A DNA stretch of 63,717 bases, filler included, from Globobulimina sp. (GCA_003354225.1; 15 parts of 15 records of this genome joined end to end with filler, not necessarily neighbours in it); one strand, 5' to 3'. Positions 35,433 through 48,360 are shown, counted from the whole stretch's first letter. The notes: generated from the letters alone by a model not told the origin. Made by a program: numbers and translations.

Positions 35433-36980
35433 TCAATCCGATATCGATACAACATCCGTCGAATCTGTCATTTCACTTTCAGTCCCTTTCGGTGCGCCCG
35501 ATATTTTCTCCCACATTTGTTGCATTTCATCATCACCAATATCAGTGCCATCGCTCTCTGTCTCTGTCCGGGTCCGTATGCTCGAACTTCCACTACTCTC
35601 CTCATCCTGCTCCACTTCAATAGTATTCGTATTCTGTTCAATATTTTCTTGCACATTTTGATGCATATTCTGTTGCATAATATCTTTTTCCTCCACATTT
35701 TGGTGCACATTCTGTTGCACATTCTGTTGCATATTTTGTTGCATATTTTGCTGCTGTCCATTTTGCTGCACATTCTGTTGCACAGTTTGTTGCATATTAT
35801 GTTGTATATTTTGTTTCAAATTTTGCGGTGCATCTTGTTGCATATTTTGCGCTACATTTTGCTGATAGTTATTATTATTATTTTGTGGATTAGTCATTGC
35901 CCGCGTCCTTCCATAACCATGTTGTTGTTGTTGTGGTTGATACCTATTTTGTTGCTGTATATTTTGCGCTGCAAAATTAGGATTCGACTCAATTTTCATT
36001 TGAGCATAGGCCGCTTGTAACTGTTGCTGCTGATAATTATTTTGTGCAGCATTGTCAGCTAAATTTCTAACTGATTGAGATCCCATTTGCATCATTCTCT
36101 GCATTGCGTTCACATTTGGTTGAGCCATAAAATTTTGTTGCGAGGAAAACATTGCCCGATTCATGGTCGGTGGAACATTTTGCATCACATTGCCACCTCC
36201 ATGTGATTGTATATTCAAATTCGGTGTCGACGCGATCCGCATTCGTGCAAATGCAGCACGTTGTTGTTGCAGATACAAATTTTGTTGCATAGAGTTTGGA
36301 GAAACGGCTGTTGTTACATTTGGTTGCGAGTTGACAGAATTATTGCTATAATTATTTTGTTGTAGATTTGGAGCGTAATTGGGACGCATCTGACGATTTG
36401 GAATTTGTTTTTGATTATCAACGTTCTCGAAACTTACTTTTTTTATATTAAGAGCTGGTTTAATAACGTTGTTCGTGGCTGTTTTTTGTGCGGCGTTGCT
36501 GCTTTCAGATGTTATATCTTTTGGATTGTTAATGTTTTCAACGATTGTGTCAATGCCAAATAATATTTTATTTTTAGCTTTTCTGTTTTGAATATAAAAG
36601 TATATTAAAGCAGCACATAGCATCAATACAATGATGCTGGAGAGGATGAAGATTATTATGTATAAATGTGTGTTGTCGTTGGTTGTTGCTGTATATGACG
36701 CAGTTGATGTTATGTTGGATATGTTTTGTGATGTTGTTGGAGATATGTTGATGTACATGAATGTAATTGTTGATAAGCTACATGAAAATGAGAACATGAT
36801 GATAAAAATAAAAAACTTTTTTTCACTGTAGTTCAGTGCATGTGCGACGCCGTCAAATTTTAGTGTCAAAGGTAGTTTGTCAGAGTGATGAATTTTAATG
36901 TCGAAGGAACAGGATATGGCGGTGAGCATAATAATGTTGATGAAAGCTCTGAATTGTATGAATGGATGATTCAACAGCAA
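35433..36980 (-). CDS. Single-pass membrane protein with Q/N-rich low-complexity tail
   Basis: TM segment YIIIFILSSIIVLMLCAALIYFYI followed by QQN(V/M/I) tetrapeptide repeats; 5' exon structure uncertain. Confidence 0.65.
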   Translation of the reverse strand: MLLNHPFIQFRAFINIIMLTAISCSFDIKIHHSDKLPLTLKFDGVAHALNYSEKKFFIFIIMFSFSCSLSTITFMYINISPTTSQNISNITSTASYTATTNDNTHLYIIIFILSSIIVLMLCAALIYFYIQNRKAKNKILFGIDTIVENINNPKDITSESSNAAQKTATNNVIKPALNIKKVSFENVDNQKQIPNRQMRPNYAPNLQQNNYSNNSVNSQPNVTTAVSPNSMQQNLYLQQQRAAFARMRIASTPNLNIQSHGGGNVMQNVPPTMNRAMFSSQQNFMAQPNVNAMQRMMQMGSQSVRNLADNAAQNNYQQQQLQAAYAQMKIESNPNFAAQNIQQQNRYQPQQQQHGYGRTRAMTNPQNNNNNYQQNVAQNMQQDAPQNLKQNIQHNMQQTVQQNVQQNGQQQNMQQNMQQNVQQNVHQNVEEKDIMQQNMHQNVQENIEQNTNTIEVEQDEESSGSSSIRTRTETESDGTDIGDDEMQQMWEKISGAPKGTESEMTDSTDVVSISD

Positions 36981-37107
36981 GCAAAACCAGTATTGATTAA
37001 AAAGTTAATTCAAAATGGATATGATTCAATGTATGTTGATTTTATTCAACAAATAATAATATAAATAACGTATACGCAATTTCGCACACAAACAAAAAAC
37101 AAGTGAT

Positions 37108-38210
37108 ATGATACAAAGTATCGATATGGAGGATTTAGCCGATATTTGCACTGAATTACAGCTTAAAGTAAAGGAAAAAATCAATCTTAAAATGATAATT
37201 AAAAATCAATCAAACCAACACGTTAAGAAAAGTGCCAAAATATATTTATATTTAATTACCTGTATTTTGTTGTGATTGCAGGTAATTGTCGACAAAGAAG
37301 AGACCAACGCAATGATCCAAATGGGGAACAAACTAAAATCAATGCAAAACGCATTACATTTAGTTGCAAACACTGAGAAAAGTTAGAAATTAAAATATAT
37401 TTAAATTATTCTATTATCATTGCACTAATTGTGTTCACTCAGAAATGGATGAAGAAGTTTCAAAGCATATGGAAATAATTAAAAATACATTTAAAGAAAT
37501 CCATAATAAATTACATGAACGAGAAACAAAATTAATTCGACAGTTACATCAAATTGCAAATGAGAACAAAAATAAATTAAAAAATATATCAAAAACATTA
37601 AATCAGCAAACAAATACTGCACAAAAAGTTAATTTTATATTTATAGTTGTGACAATATGTTTGTATTTGATTTTTTATATGTAAACAGACAATTAATTCC
37701 TGTCATAAATCATTAAAAAAATCCGTTGAAATCAGCAACATTGAACGACGAAAACAAGGAATTATTAAAATCAGCAAAGATGTCAATAATATTAAAATAA
37801 TTACAAAAAATGATCCGGTTGTTACTGCGAATAAAATTGAGGTTTTTCTAGATAAAATATCAATGATTAAAAGCATAAATTCGTTTGGTTTCTGCAGTGG
37901 TAATGTTGTGCCAATATTAATGTCATTGACAGATAATAACGATTTCAGTGTTGCACTACAATGGAAATTAAGCGGCGACAAACCAATAGAAAATAATAAT
38001 AAATTAAAAGTCGAATGGAGTGAAATTGAATCAAAACATAATGAGAATGATAACGAAGATGATATGAAACAAGATTGGAAATATAAACGTGAATTTAAAG
38101 TGAAAAATGAAAATGATTATAAAGTTATACTTAAAGTAACAAACAAAACAACTTCATATTTATTTAGAATTCAATATTTTGATGGAAATGTATGGTCCGT
38201 TAATAGTAAT
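37108..38210 (+). CDS. Multi-exon protein: SAM-like helix, coiled coil and FN3-like domain; partial
   Basis: EDLADICTELQL; FKEIHNKLHERETKLIRQL; VALQWKL...VEW...YLFRIQYFDGNVWS; short GT-AG introns between the pieces. Confidence 0.55.
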
Positions 38211-38729
38211 NNNNNNNNNNNNNNNNNNNNNNNNNNNNNNNNNNNNNNNNNNNNTTAATTAATTAANNNNNNNNNNNNNNNNNNNNNNNNNNNNNNNNNN
38301 NNNNNNNNNNATCATTTGGACATTCTTGAGACGACGTTAGCCAACAAAATGACAACCAAAGAGTTACAAAGCAGAACAACGTTGACATGCTTCAATTTGC
38401 ATTTACAAAAATACGAAAATCTTTGTTCCAACTGAAGTTTGAGTGGCGTTATTGCAAACTTTTTATTACATCGAGCTTTGCTTTGAATTTAACTGTAACA
38501 GATTGAGATAGAGACAAATTATATTTGTTCATTTCCATGAATGCCCAATCTATGTAAGCCTAAAAAGTCAAAACATTTTGTGGTTGTCTTTTAATGATAT
38601 TTTGACGGTCTGATACTGTTTTTGATAGGGAATTAAAACTCATAGCAAGTGCGTGTCGAAAAAAGCTGCAGAATAGGATACAAAATGAATATTAAATGAA
38701 TAACACTATAAAACTATATAATTACTATA

Positions 38730-40525
38730 TTACTGACGTGTATTTGCATAGAAACTCGGATTATCATCATTTTGCTGCTCTGCTGGATCCGGTTCAGACT
38801 GAATAAAATCCGACGACTCCTCATCACTCAATTCCGATAAATCCTCATCGCTGTCGCCATATTTCCCATCCTCATCATCCACAGACTTCCTCCGCCGCCT
38901 TGCTTGCTGCATATTTGACTTAACAAATATTTGGAAATCTACATAAATCTGTTTATTAATATGCACGCCGAGCGCAATTTGCCTCGCAATATATCCATAT
39001 TTATTTGCCGCATTCTTTACAAAATCCTGCACATTGTCGAATAATGTCGGCAATGACTCATCGCTCACATTCCTCCGCGACAATGCAATACATAAATACG
39101 ACGCATTCATAAACAATCTTTTTTTAAAAGTCGCAACAATATCATCTTTCGGACGTATTTCTTTCATCACTTTATGCGACATTTTCGGCGAACTTTGTTT
39201 GGTCGAACCATCATAAAACACCACACTGAAGGAATATTTCTTAAATTTTGTATTTGGTAAAGCATCCATCACATCGCACCACTGACCGTTTACAATCCGA
39301 ATCTCACTCATTAATAAATATGGATCATCGCCAGAGGCCGCATACTTTATCATCCTGCGCCATTTGACAATATTTGGACAGATAGAGTTTCGCGCCAAAC
39401 CTCCATGTTCGATAAAGGAACGGATTGCGTCTAAAAAAGGTGTATCTAAACACAAACAATTGCCATCCACTGCCCCTTCGCGGTGAAATATGCGTCGATA
39501 ACACTCCGATTTGTCATAATCATCCAATAAATCACCGAAATCTAAATCGTCAATACCCATAATCGACGACGAACGCCGTAAATGCCCAGCTCGTTGTTTC
39601 TGTTTCATACCGGATAAGCCAGCAAATAATCGACATGGCAATAAACTGCGCAAAGTATAATCATCCATCATAGCATTAACTACATCGGCACCGCAACGAC
39701 AGATCGTCATCGAATACATATGACTGCGCCGCATAAATCGCAATCTTTGCGTTGCGGTACATTTTACTAACCAGCCATCGTCTTCATAGCAGCAATAAAA
39801 CCCTTTCTTCACTAACTGCACAAGCACGGCATGCGACCGTCGATGACTCCCTATGGAATGGATTAATATTTTTGTAGATAATGTATGGTGCGAATGTGCG
39901 TATATATACCTAATTTGACGATGGTTTGCTCGATTTTAGGCAAATCCACAGCTTCCTGTGTAAAATCACGACGTATGGTCCATTGTGCAATTAAATCAGT
40001 TTGCTCACGAATAGCAAAATGCATCTCATAGCGAGGTATGTCACCCACGATGGACTTGGCCTGGATCAATAAGATTGGCGGTCGTGAGGCTAATCGGTTG
40101 CGTGAGGATAGTTTTTCCATCCAACAGCCTAATTTGGGTACAATGGCAAAGCCTGCTTCGTCGCAGTTGACGCGAATTTCGTTGCCCCGTACTGATAAAA
40201 AGGAGGCATATTTTTTCACCTTTTCAGTGCCTACAAAGCGTGCAATTCTGCCGGCGTGATTCCCACGTAATATTAAGTAATCATTGCCATATACTAAGTG
40301 TTCCTTTGCCAATGGTTGTGCGGATTGGTCGGTTTGAAATAAATCCCAATCGAAGGTTAACACTTTACCTAATCCCTGCATCAGATGTGGCTTTGAATAT
40401 CTTCTCTTGGCGCGATCTCGCAGTATCCCTCTATACACTGCATTTGCGTCTTTTTGGTAACCTTGTGGCTCTATTCGGGTTATACTGTTCCTTCGTAAAC
40501 CTCTATAACGAGATTTAATCGACAT
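38730..40525 (-). CDS. Hypothetical protein, about 580 aa, two exons
   Basis: A phase-1 intron at 39851-39909 joins the two track ORFs in frame; KOW-like YLILRGNHAGRIARFVG; acidic tail. Confidence 0.7.
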
Positions 40526-40738
40526 TGTTTAATTTACACTACTGTCAGTGCCAGTGATAGAATTAAGTACTTGGGTAGTTATTAGAAAATGGAAAGATAG
40601 TTTAAAGTTTGCATTTTATATAACGATGAGTTTTGCTTTTGATACATCTTCAAAATACTAAGAAATGCATAGAGTTGATATAGTTTTTACGCAATAATAA
40701 TAATAAAAAAAAAGTCTGACGTACATAATCACGACAAT

Positions 40739-42464
40739 TCAATTAATTGTGTTCTCAATATCTGGCCACGTCCCATAACCAGTGCCAGTTTTATATTCAA
40801 ACTCAGTATAATCGGAATGATCAAATAATTGAAACCATTGTTGACTATTTTTTTTATCCATTTGACTGTGATAACATCTTGATTTCTCAAATGGTGTTAA
40901 TATATTTTCATCACTCCTTTCTGGTGCATCTAACGTACAAAATTTATTTTCATTTTCAAATTCAAATGTTTTCTGTCTCCCATATATTATTTCCATTTTA
41001 TACCTTTGCTTAATTTCTTTGATTAATTTCTTAATGTATTGTTTTGGAAATAAGCATAATGGCTGGCAATATCTGCGAACATCCCCGCTGTAATAAGCCA
41101 TCCCCATTTGGGACGCTATATTGGCAAAGCTGGCCCACGCAAAACCGTACGGCACTTTCAATTCAATCACAATCGATCCTGGTTTCATATAAAGCAAATT
41201 GGTTAAGCCAGCACCATGTAAACCAATTAAAATATCCACATCATGAAATTGTTGGATATAATCCCTTAAAATCACATTTCTGTCCTCAATACTTTTATCT
41301 TTAAGTGATTTATGTATTAAATCCCAATCGCAACATTCGATGATTTCAACTCCTTTCACCTCAAAATAGCGCAATATATCCTGCAAATTGCCCATTCTTC
41401 GTTGTCCGCTCAGTCTTGTTATCCACATTATTTTTGGTTTATATTTTGCGATAATTTGCTGTGGACTTAATTGCAGCAATTTATTTTCTTGTTTGTTCGT
41501 TAATTTTATGGCCATATTTTCATAGAAATTGTCAAATCTAACACCAAGTTTTATGAATATATAATACTGATAATACCATATTTGCGATGCTTGCGAGTTA
41601 AAAGTACCAAATCTGCCTTCTTGATTATACCACAACGGAGCACGGTTTTGCCCCCATATTAATGTCTGAGCGGTCAGTGCATGAGTTTGAGCTGGAGCTA
41701 TCCGAATGTTTCAACATAAAATTGCGTTTCAAACATATAGCTCCATCTCACGAATCACTGCAATGTGCTCATACCTTAAAACAGTGCAACAAATGTTTAT
41801 TAGTATGTTCATGCTTGCGAGTAAATTGTCGCTCGTAACTATGAACATTATCATCAAACATTGTCCACAACATCCAATACAATATTAATGCATCATCTTT
41901 TTGTTTTAAATCGCCATCAAACACATAGGCAGATATATTATAATGAGCTGGAGAGAGAAAACTTGTGTTTGCTTCTAAAATGTCAATAAAAGTTGGTAAT
42001 AAGACATCATTATGTAAATGGAAATTATTGTCAATACGGCAGGGCGTGACTATAAATGCTATGTCATCATGCATGATATCACAGGTTTTGTTGATATCTG
42101 AGACGTTTAATGCTTGCTCAAAATATTCTAATTGCGTTGGAACATCGTCCCCTTCGTTTTCAGTGCCATAACAGATTTGATATCGTCTCACAAACTGGGA
42201 CCATTTTTGGAGTTTGGACATTGGTTGATTCCATACCACCAATGTATTGTCTTTGAGACCGACATTGTGATAAACCAAATAATGCCCATACCAATACTGT
42301 GGGACATGGATTCTTGATTTACCATCAAACGGACGGAGTTTGTATGATTTTGTCTTTTTATTGTAATAATAGAGTGGATTATGAACACGAGGTCTCACAA
42401 AATAATTTAAATCTGATGGAAAGCATTGTGTGGCGTGTAATTCATTTAAACGAGAGTATAGGTT
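40739..42464 (-). CDS. Glycosyltransferase family 61 (EOGT/POMGNT2-like), 5'-partial
   Basis: NNFHLHNDVLLP and DILIGLHGAGLTNLLYMKPGSIVIEL; intron 41666-41774. Confidence 0.88.
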
Positions 42465-42564
42465 NNNNNNNNNNNNNNNNNNNNNNNNNNNNNNNNNNNN
42501 NNNNNNNNTTAATTAATTAANNNNNNNNNNNNNNNNNNNNNNNNNNNNNNNNNNNNNNNNNNNN

Positions 42565-45500
42565 ATGGATTTCTGTATTGTATTCACAGTCTGGTTTAAT
42601 AAATGAATTTAATATTTGTACATTATTATTGATTCGTTGATTGTGATTTTGTTTACATTTACTGATAATTTGATCCAACTGATATTGAATCGTTGTGGAT
42701 TGATTGGTATTGTGATTGCGAGGGGCTATGGGTAATAATTCATCGGATTTACTGTATCTAAATAATGATTCAACGATAGAAATATCACATTTTAAAGCGG
42801 AAACTTTTGTAGCTGCATTAAATAATTGAGGTGTTCGCAGACCACATCCACCACGCTTCATAGTGATAGGTAGTTGAATATTAAGTGTCGGATTGTATGT
42901 TAGTAAGTTAGTAATTGACTTATTTATAAATGTATATATAAACTGTATCTGATCAATCCAGCGATCAATTTTGCGGGTATTCTTCAGGTGATATATGATT
43001 TTATTATAATTAAAAAATCGATTATAAATCAAAAATTTAATTTGCGTATCATTAATCATTTCTATATTCATTATTTTATGCTGTAATTGGATAAAATACT
43101 TATCCATTTTATCAATAATAAATTGATCAACGCCGTGGGCAACGCCAAGAAACTGGATATTGCCCTCAAAATTGAGCTTATATTCACCAAAATGCGTTTT
43201 TAAGTATGAGATAATTTCTGTATTTTGTGTGTTTGTGATTATGTGTGTTTTATCTCTATTTAATTCTATATCCCATTGCGCATATTCATCTTCTAATATT
43301 TCAAAATATGGTTTTAAAAAAGTAAAGTTAAGGCACATCAGGCCATCATCAACATAGTCAGATTGGAAATGTATATCAAAAGCCGGCTGTATAGCAATCA
43401 TACGCTTTTCAGTGTTTGTCAAAATTTGAGTTTTTCCAGCACAGTATAAAAACATTGAGGACCATAAGCCTTGGATAGTACCGGAGGTCATTTCAATGTG
43501 ATGATTCCAATCAAAATCAATGCCATTGTCATGGCCATATAAGAATTTATAGTAATTGACCAAATCAGGTATCTTTTCACAGCATAAATCATACTGTTTC
43601 TGCCGACTGACTGAGTTGAAAGCGTTTTTTGCATCACTATTTATCATGACCTCACCCTGCAATTCAGTTAATAGTTGCAAGGCCATATCGGTTGATATCG
43701 TGCCAATCTCGCAGCAGTCTTTAATACCAATTAACTGATACGGTCCCATTATCTGACGCTGTGTATTGGTGGGTATATTGTGCATTATTACACTATCAAT
43801 TAAGCGCATTATAGAGGGAAGGATATTGATGGGGCGAATGTCATAATCTGGTATATCATATTTCGCCTTTCCTAATGGTATCCCGCGGCCATATGTCAAG
43901 AAACGCGCAACCTCAAATGGCAGCCCATTGGTAACCAATTCTTTACATAACTGATGCACCATATCGGCAAAGCAATATTTTGCCTCATTATCAGCTAAAT
44001 ATACCAATAATTTGTTGTCCATACCAAATTTTCCCGGCGCACTTTTAGTATTTAGATTCATTATAATTTGAGTTATTGATTTTACTTTTAGGCGAAAAAC
44101 ATTTTTTGGTTCGTTTTGAAGATATGTGATTGGCGATTTTTGTGGATATTTGGATTGGAGTTTGGCATAATTACCATTAATATTTAAGTCCGCAATAATA
44201 CAGTCATTCAAAGCTCTGTCTGCTTTTTTAATATATCCTTGTTTCGCATATTTGAGACATTGCTTGGATCTGCGGATGATTTCATCTTTTTTATCATAAT
44301 TGCCATATTTTATTATATCAATATTATTATTTAAATGATCTAAGTTAATATCGCCAGTTATTGAATGTATGATATTTTTATAGTTAATAAAATTGAGAGC
44401 GGCGTTATTTGATTGGTTCATATCACTGTTATGAGTGGAATTGGCATTTTGATTGGATGTATTTGGTATATTTTGATTGTTTGTGTTGATCAAGTTATTT
44501 TTTCCATATTTCTCTTTAACTTTTCTATCCTTTTTGCGGTTTCTTTTATTCTGTTCATACTCAATTCTGCTGACCAATGCCCCCCATTTTTTGGATCTAT
44601 ATAGATTTTCGCGAATCGAGATTTCTTTCTTTTTAGCAGCTGTATCAACAGATCTATTGGTAAGGAAATGATAGGTCGGTGCATATAAAGCTAATTCAAC
44701 ACATGCGTCAATCGCAGCAGCTTTATTTTTGTTTGCATATCGAATTTTGGTTAGTGCATTGATAATGATCCTGCCAACTCTGTCTTTTTGCTCATCACTG
44801 TACAGATTGACATTGGTATCCCAGTATCTAAGCGCCAGCCGGGAGTCAAACTCCTCATTATTACCATCTAAGATAACAAAATCTGAGATGATATCATTAT
44901 TATGCAAGATATCACTATGGATATCATTATCGGGATTATTATGCAAAAAATCAGCATGCTGTTGTTGCAAATCAAACTCATATTTATGCAGCTCACACAG
45001 TGTATTATTCAAACCAATTAATGTGTGGCAGGATTCCTGGTCACAATATTTGCGAGCGGTGGCAATCAGATACTGCTCATTGGGATGTTTATCATTATGA
45101 TTTCTCCAATGTTTGTATGCACCTTTGCCCCAATACTCATCTTTATGTTTATGGCAGTTTGTAACGCAGCCTTTAAATACAATGGTATATTCGCGTTTGA
45201 GTGTTTGCTGTGTGGTTTTATTTTTCCCCGTCCACTTTTCCTTCCCTGTCTGTGTACAAGATTGGCATATGTACTGTGTGATATATTTGCTTATGCCGGG
45301 ATTTAATAGGTAGTTATAGCCAGACTGCTCTTTAATATGTTCAACACAATGACATTTTGCGCACGTCCAACTGGATCGAATTTGCCAATCCAAATTTGTT
45401 TCTGAATCAATTTCTTCTTTTTCGGAACTTTTGTTTTCAGAAACGTTTCTGAAAAAACTGCTGGGTGACTTTTGAGTGTCTCGAATATCAGCAACTTCAC

Positions 45501-46717
45501 TCTCCTCATCACCTCCGGTGTCGACATTTGGATCATGGGTCCGTTGTGGTAGTAGCAGCTCAGCTACAGCGGAGCCAATCGCTTCAGTCACAACCGCATC
45601 AGTCACCATCGCATCAGCCATGATAATGTCACTCGCAACCATCGGGTATATAACATTCGGCGAAATTACAGGAAATGACGGGCATTCATTCAATATATGA
45701 ATCGCGGGATTACGCAAATTCGGAGATGAATAAATATCAGTTTTATAGCCGCGGCGCGATCCAGTCGAGCCACAATTGGCCAATATATCTGCTGTAGTAT
45801 TTATGGCAATATTGCAATGACCGCCAGTCCAATATATGTGAAGTCCGAATGAGTCAAACTGGTGCAACGCTGGTTTGACCCATGCAAATAATGAGGGATG
45901 TGCTCTGATGGTCCATTTATCAGTCAACATATTAACGGACCATTGGCTATCTGAGAAGATATATATTGGCGGCTTACGATCAGTTATAAAGCGCCGCTGT
46001 AAAGGCTGAATAATATGAACTTGGCCACCTTCTCCAGCCAACCATGCCATAGCTACGCCAATGGCAAATAATTCCGCTGCATTATTACCATGCTTACCAA
46101 TGGCAGCCACAATTTGCGTGCAGCTCGAAGAGGATTTACCAGCCATTATAACAGCACCGCTACCCGCCGGGCCAGGATTGCTTTTACTTGCTCCATCCGT
46201 AGCAATCACGACGGCAAATTCAGGTATATCTGCCCATATTTTCTTAAATTCATCTCTAACTAATTGCTTTTGTTGGTGCGTTCTATTTTTGGCATTGCCA
46301 TATTTAGAACGACTATTTTTAGGTCGCATTGGAGGTGAATGGGGAGAGTTGATAGTTTGGGTCCGTGCAAGTGCGAATTCGCGCGGATTTGTAGTGGGTA
46401 AATGAGTCGAAGTGGGAGAGGAATGAGACGATGCCGTAGCAGACTGAGCGGCATCTACGGTGGCTTTCGGCTCATTATTGCCATGTAAATGAGTCGAATT
46501 GGAGGAAGAATGAGGTAATGTCGTAGTATATGTAACGGCATCTATGGTGGCCTCCGGCTCATTATTGGCACGTAAATGAGTCGAATTGGAGGAAGAATGA
46601 AGCGATGTCGTAGCATATTGAGCGGCATCTACGGTGGCTTTCGGCTCATTATTGCCATGTAAATGAGTCGAATTGGAGGAAGAATGAGGTAATGTCGTAG
46701 TATATGTAACGGCATCT
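42565..46717 (-). mobile_element. Non-LTR retrotransposon ORF (RNase H, Zn fingers, CRE-like reverse transcriptase), truncated at both ends
   Basis: RNase HI motifs TDGASKSNPGPAG, NNAAELFAI, SDSQ, GH...N..AD.LA; RT motifs SAPG, RPINI, DAKNAFNSVSR, GTIQG, YVDD, FLGV.HG, LP...GGCGL. One open frame spans the whole contig. Confidence 0.92.
46398..46717 (-). repeat. 87-bp tandem repeat (about 3.7 units, alternating A/B variants) encoding 29-aa repeats in the retroelement frame
   Basis: Units start at 46398, 46485, 46572 and 46659; no stops in the RT frame (..DAVTYTTTLPHSSSNSTHLHGNNEPKATV..). Confidence 0.92.
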
Positions 46718-47038
46718 NNNNNNNNNNNNNNNNNNNNNNNNNNNNNNNNNNNNNNNNNNNNTTAATTAATTAANNNNNNNNNNNNNNNNNNNNNNNNNNN
46801 NNNNNNNNNNNNNNNNNGCCCAGCCTCGACTGATAAAGGTAAAAATAATATAGGTTTGCCTTCGTTTCTCAGAAACAATAATCTGACGCTGAAAACCGGA
46901 TGCTCTTTAGATACACATAATCCACGAGCTGTAACATTATTAGATTTATGGGCACCTTTAAAAACAGATTTTTTCTGTTTAAACTTTAAAAGCAGATTTT
47001 TACGATAAAGTAACTTTTTTAAAATAAAAACTATTTCC

Positions 47039-48322
47039 ATGGCTTTCTTCCTCTGTATTTTGCTGGGTTTATATGCCAAAACAAGCACAACCACTCAATT
47101 ACCAAAAATGAGCATTTGGCTTCATCCAAATCCAAATTTGGTTCCTTTTATATCATCAAATCAATCGATATTCCATCAGCAAAATTGGGAAAACCTTATG
47201 GATGATTGGCAAATACGAATAAAGTCAACAAAGTCCGTGAATGAGCTGTACAGAAACATAACTGATATGTACTTCATAATTACTTCAGAATATCCGTTTG
47301 ATTTAAATTGTTTCCACGAGCAAAGTATTTCATTATTATACAGAATTGCTTTACATCATTTTTACAGTGCTCTTGGTTCTGTTTCTGACCTATCTCAAAG
47401 AGAGTGCATCACTTTAATGCATAACATGATAGACACAAACATTCAAATGGGCATTAATTTGGATGTTCATGTTTGGAACACATTTTTCGGTGTTTTTTAT
47501 TCGCTCAATAATGAATTTGGTGACACAGCTTTCTGTCAGTTATTAAAGGAAATGAAACGGAATGGAAGCAATGCCCAACCAAATATTGATACTTTTAATG
47601 TGATTTTAAATGGAATTGCTGCGAATAACGGAATTGTTAATGCTGAAAAAATGGCGTATCTAATTATAAGAAATAAAACGATGTCGCATGGAATTGAACC
47701 AAATCGAGTAAGTTTCACAATTTTAATGTCAATCTTTGCGAAAAATCAAGAGTGCATTAAAGCGACTCGTTTGTTTTTGGATCATTTCGCAACAAACAAC
47801 GCAAACAATGCATATGTTGACAGTATGTCATATTATTACAAGTTATCATTCTTTGCTGCTGATATTAATAAATTCAATGCTGTTTTCACAGATTTATTGG
47901 ATCATTATTCTCTTCATAACAATATTCAATTTGTTGTAAAATTCATGATAAAAAGCGTTATGAGACCTTACCATATTAAACCAGATAAAGATACATATTT
48001 ATTGTTGACATATCTCAGTTATCGGAATACTAAAATTCGCCATATTTTGCGCAGTATTCCACCATCTGATTCATCGGAAAATCCGTATGATCGGATTGTA
48101 TTTAGATTGCACCAAACAGCAAAGGGAAAAAACACCACTGGATATAGGAATTATATATCATTGATACCAAAATCAATGAGAGATGATAAGATGCCTCAAA
48201 CTCCGGATGCATTAAGAAAATTAAACAAAAAACCCTGTGCCTGGAGAAACCAGCTGCGTGCATGGAGAAGAAAATTGCACCAATTTGATAACTTGACTAC
48301 GATAACTGAACTGAGGAAATAA
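47039..48322 (+). CDS. PPR-repeat protein with C-terminal SLBP (histone mRNA stem-loop binding) domain
   Basis: P-type PPR motifs (DVHVWNTFF, PNIDTFNVIL, PNRVSFTILM, PDKDTY); C-terminal R..Q..KGKNT.GY.NY...IPK..R....PQTP...W..QLRAWRRKLHQFD. Confidence 0.85.
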   Translation: MAFFLCILLGLYAKTSTTTQLPKMSIWLHPNPNLVPFISSNQSIFHQQNWENLMDDWQIRIKSTKSVNELYRNITDMYFIITSEYPFDLNCFHEQSISLLYRIALHHFYSALGSVSDLSQRECITLMHNMIDTNIQMGINLDVHVWNTFFGVFYSLNNEFGDTAFCQLLKEMKRNGSNAQPNIDTFNVILNGIAANNGIVNAEKMAYLIIRNKTMSHGIEPNRVSFTILMSIFAKNQECIKATRLFLDHFATNNANNAYVDSMSYYYKLSFFAADINKFNAVFTDLLDHYSLHNNIQFVVKFMIKSVMRPYHIKPDKDTYLLLTYLSYRNTKIRHILRSIPPSDSSENPYDRIVFRLHQTAKGKNTTGYRNYISLIPKSMRDDKMPQTPDALRKLNKKPCAWRNQLRAWRRKLHQFDNLTTITELRK

Positions 48323-48360
48323 TCGATACACTGGCAGCTTGTATAAAAACGTTTTTTATC

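Noticed and set aside
46398-46717. 87-bp repeats as a CRISPR array
   Set aside because: Contiguous tandem units with no unique spacers, no cas genes, and in frame with the retroelement ORF.
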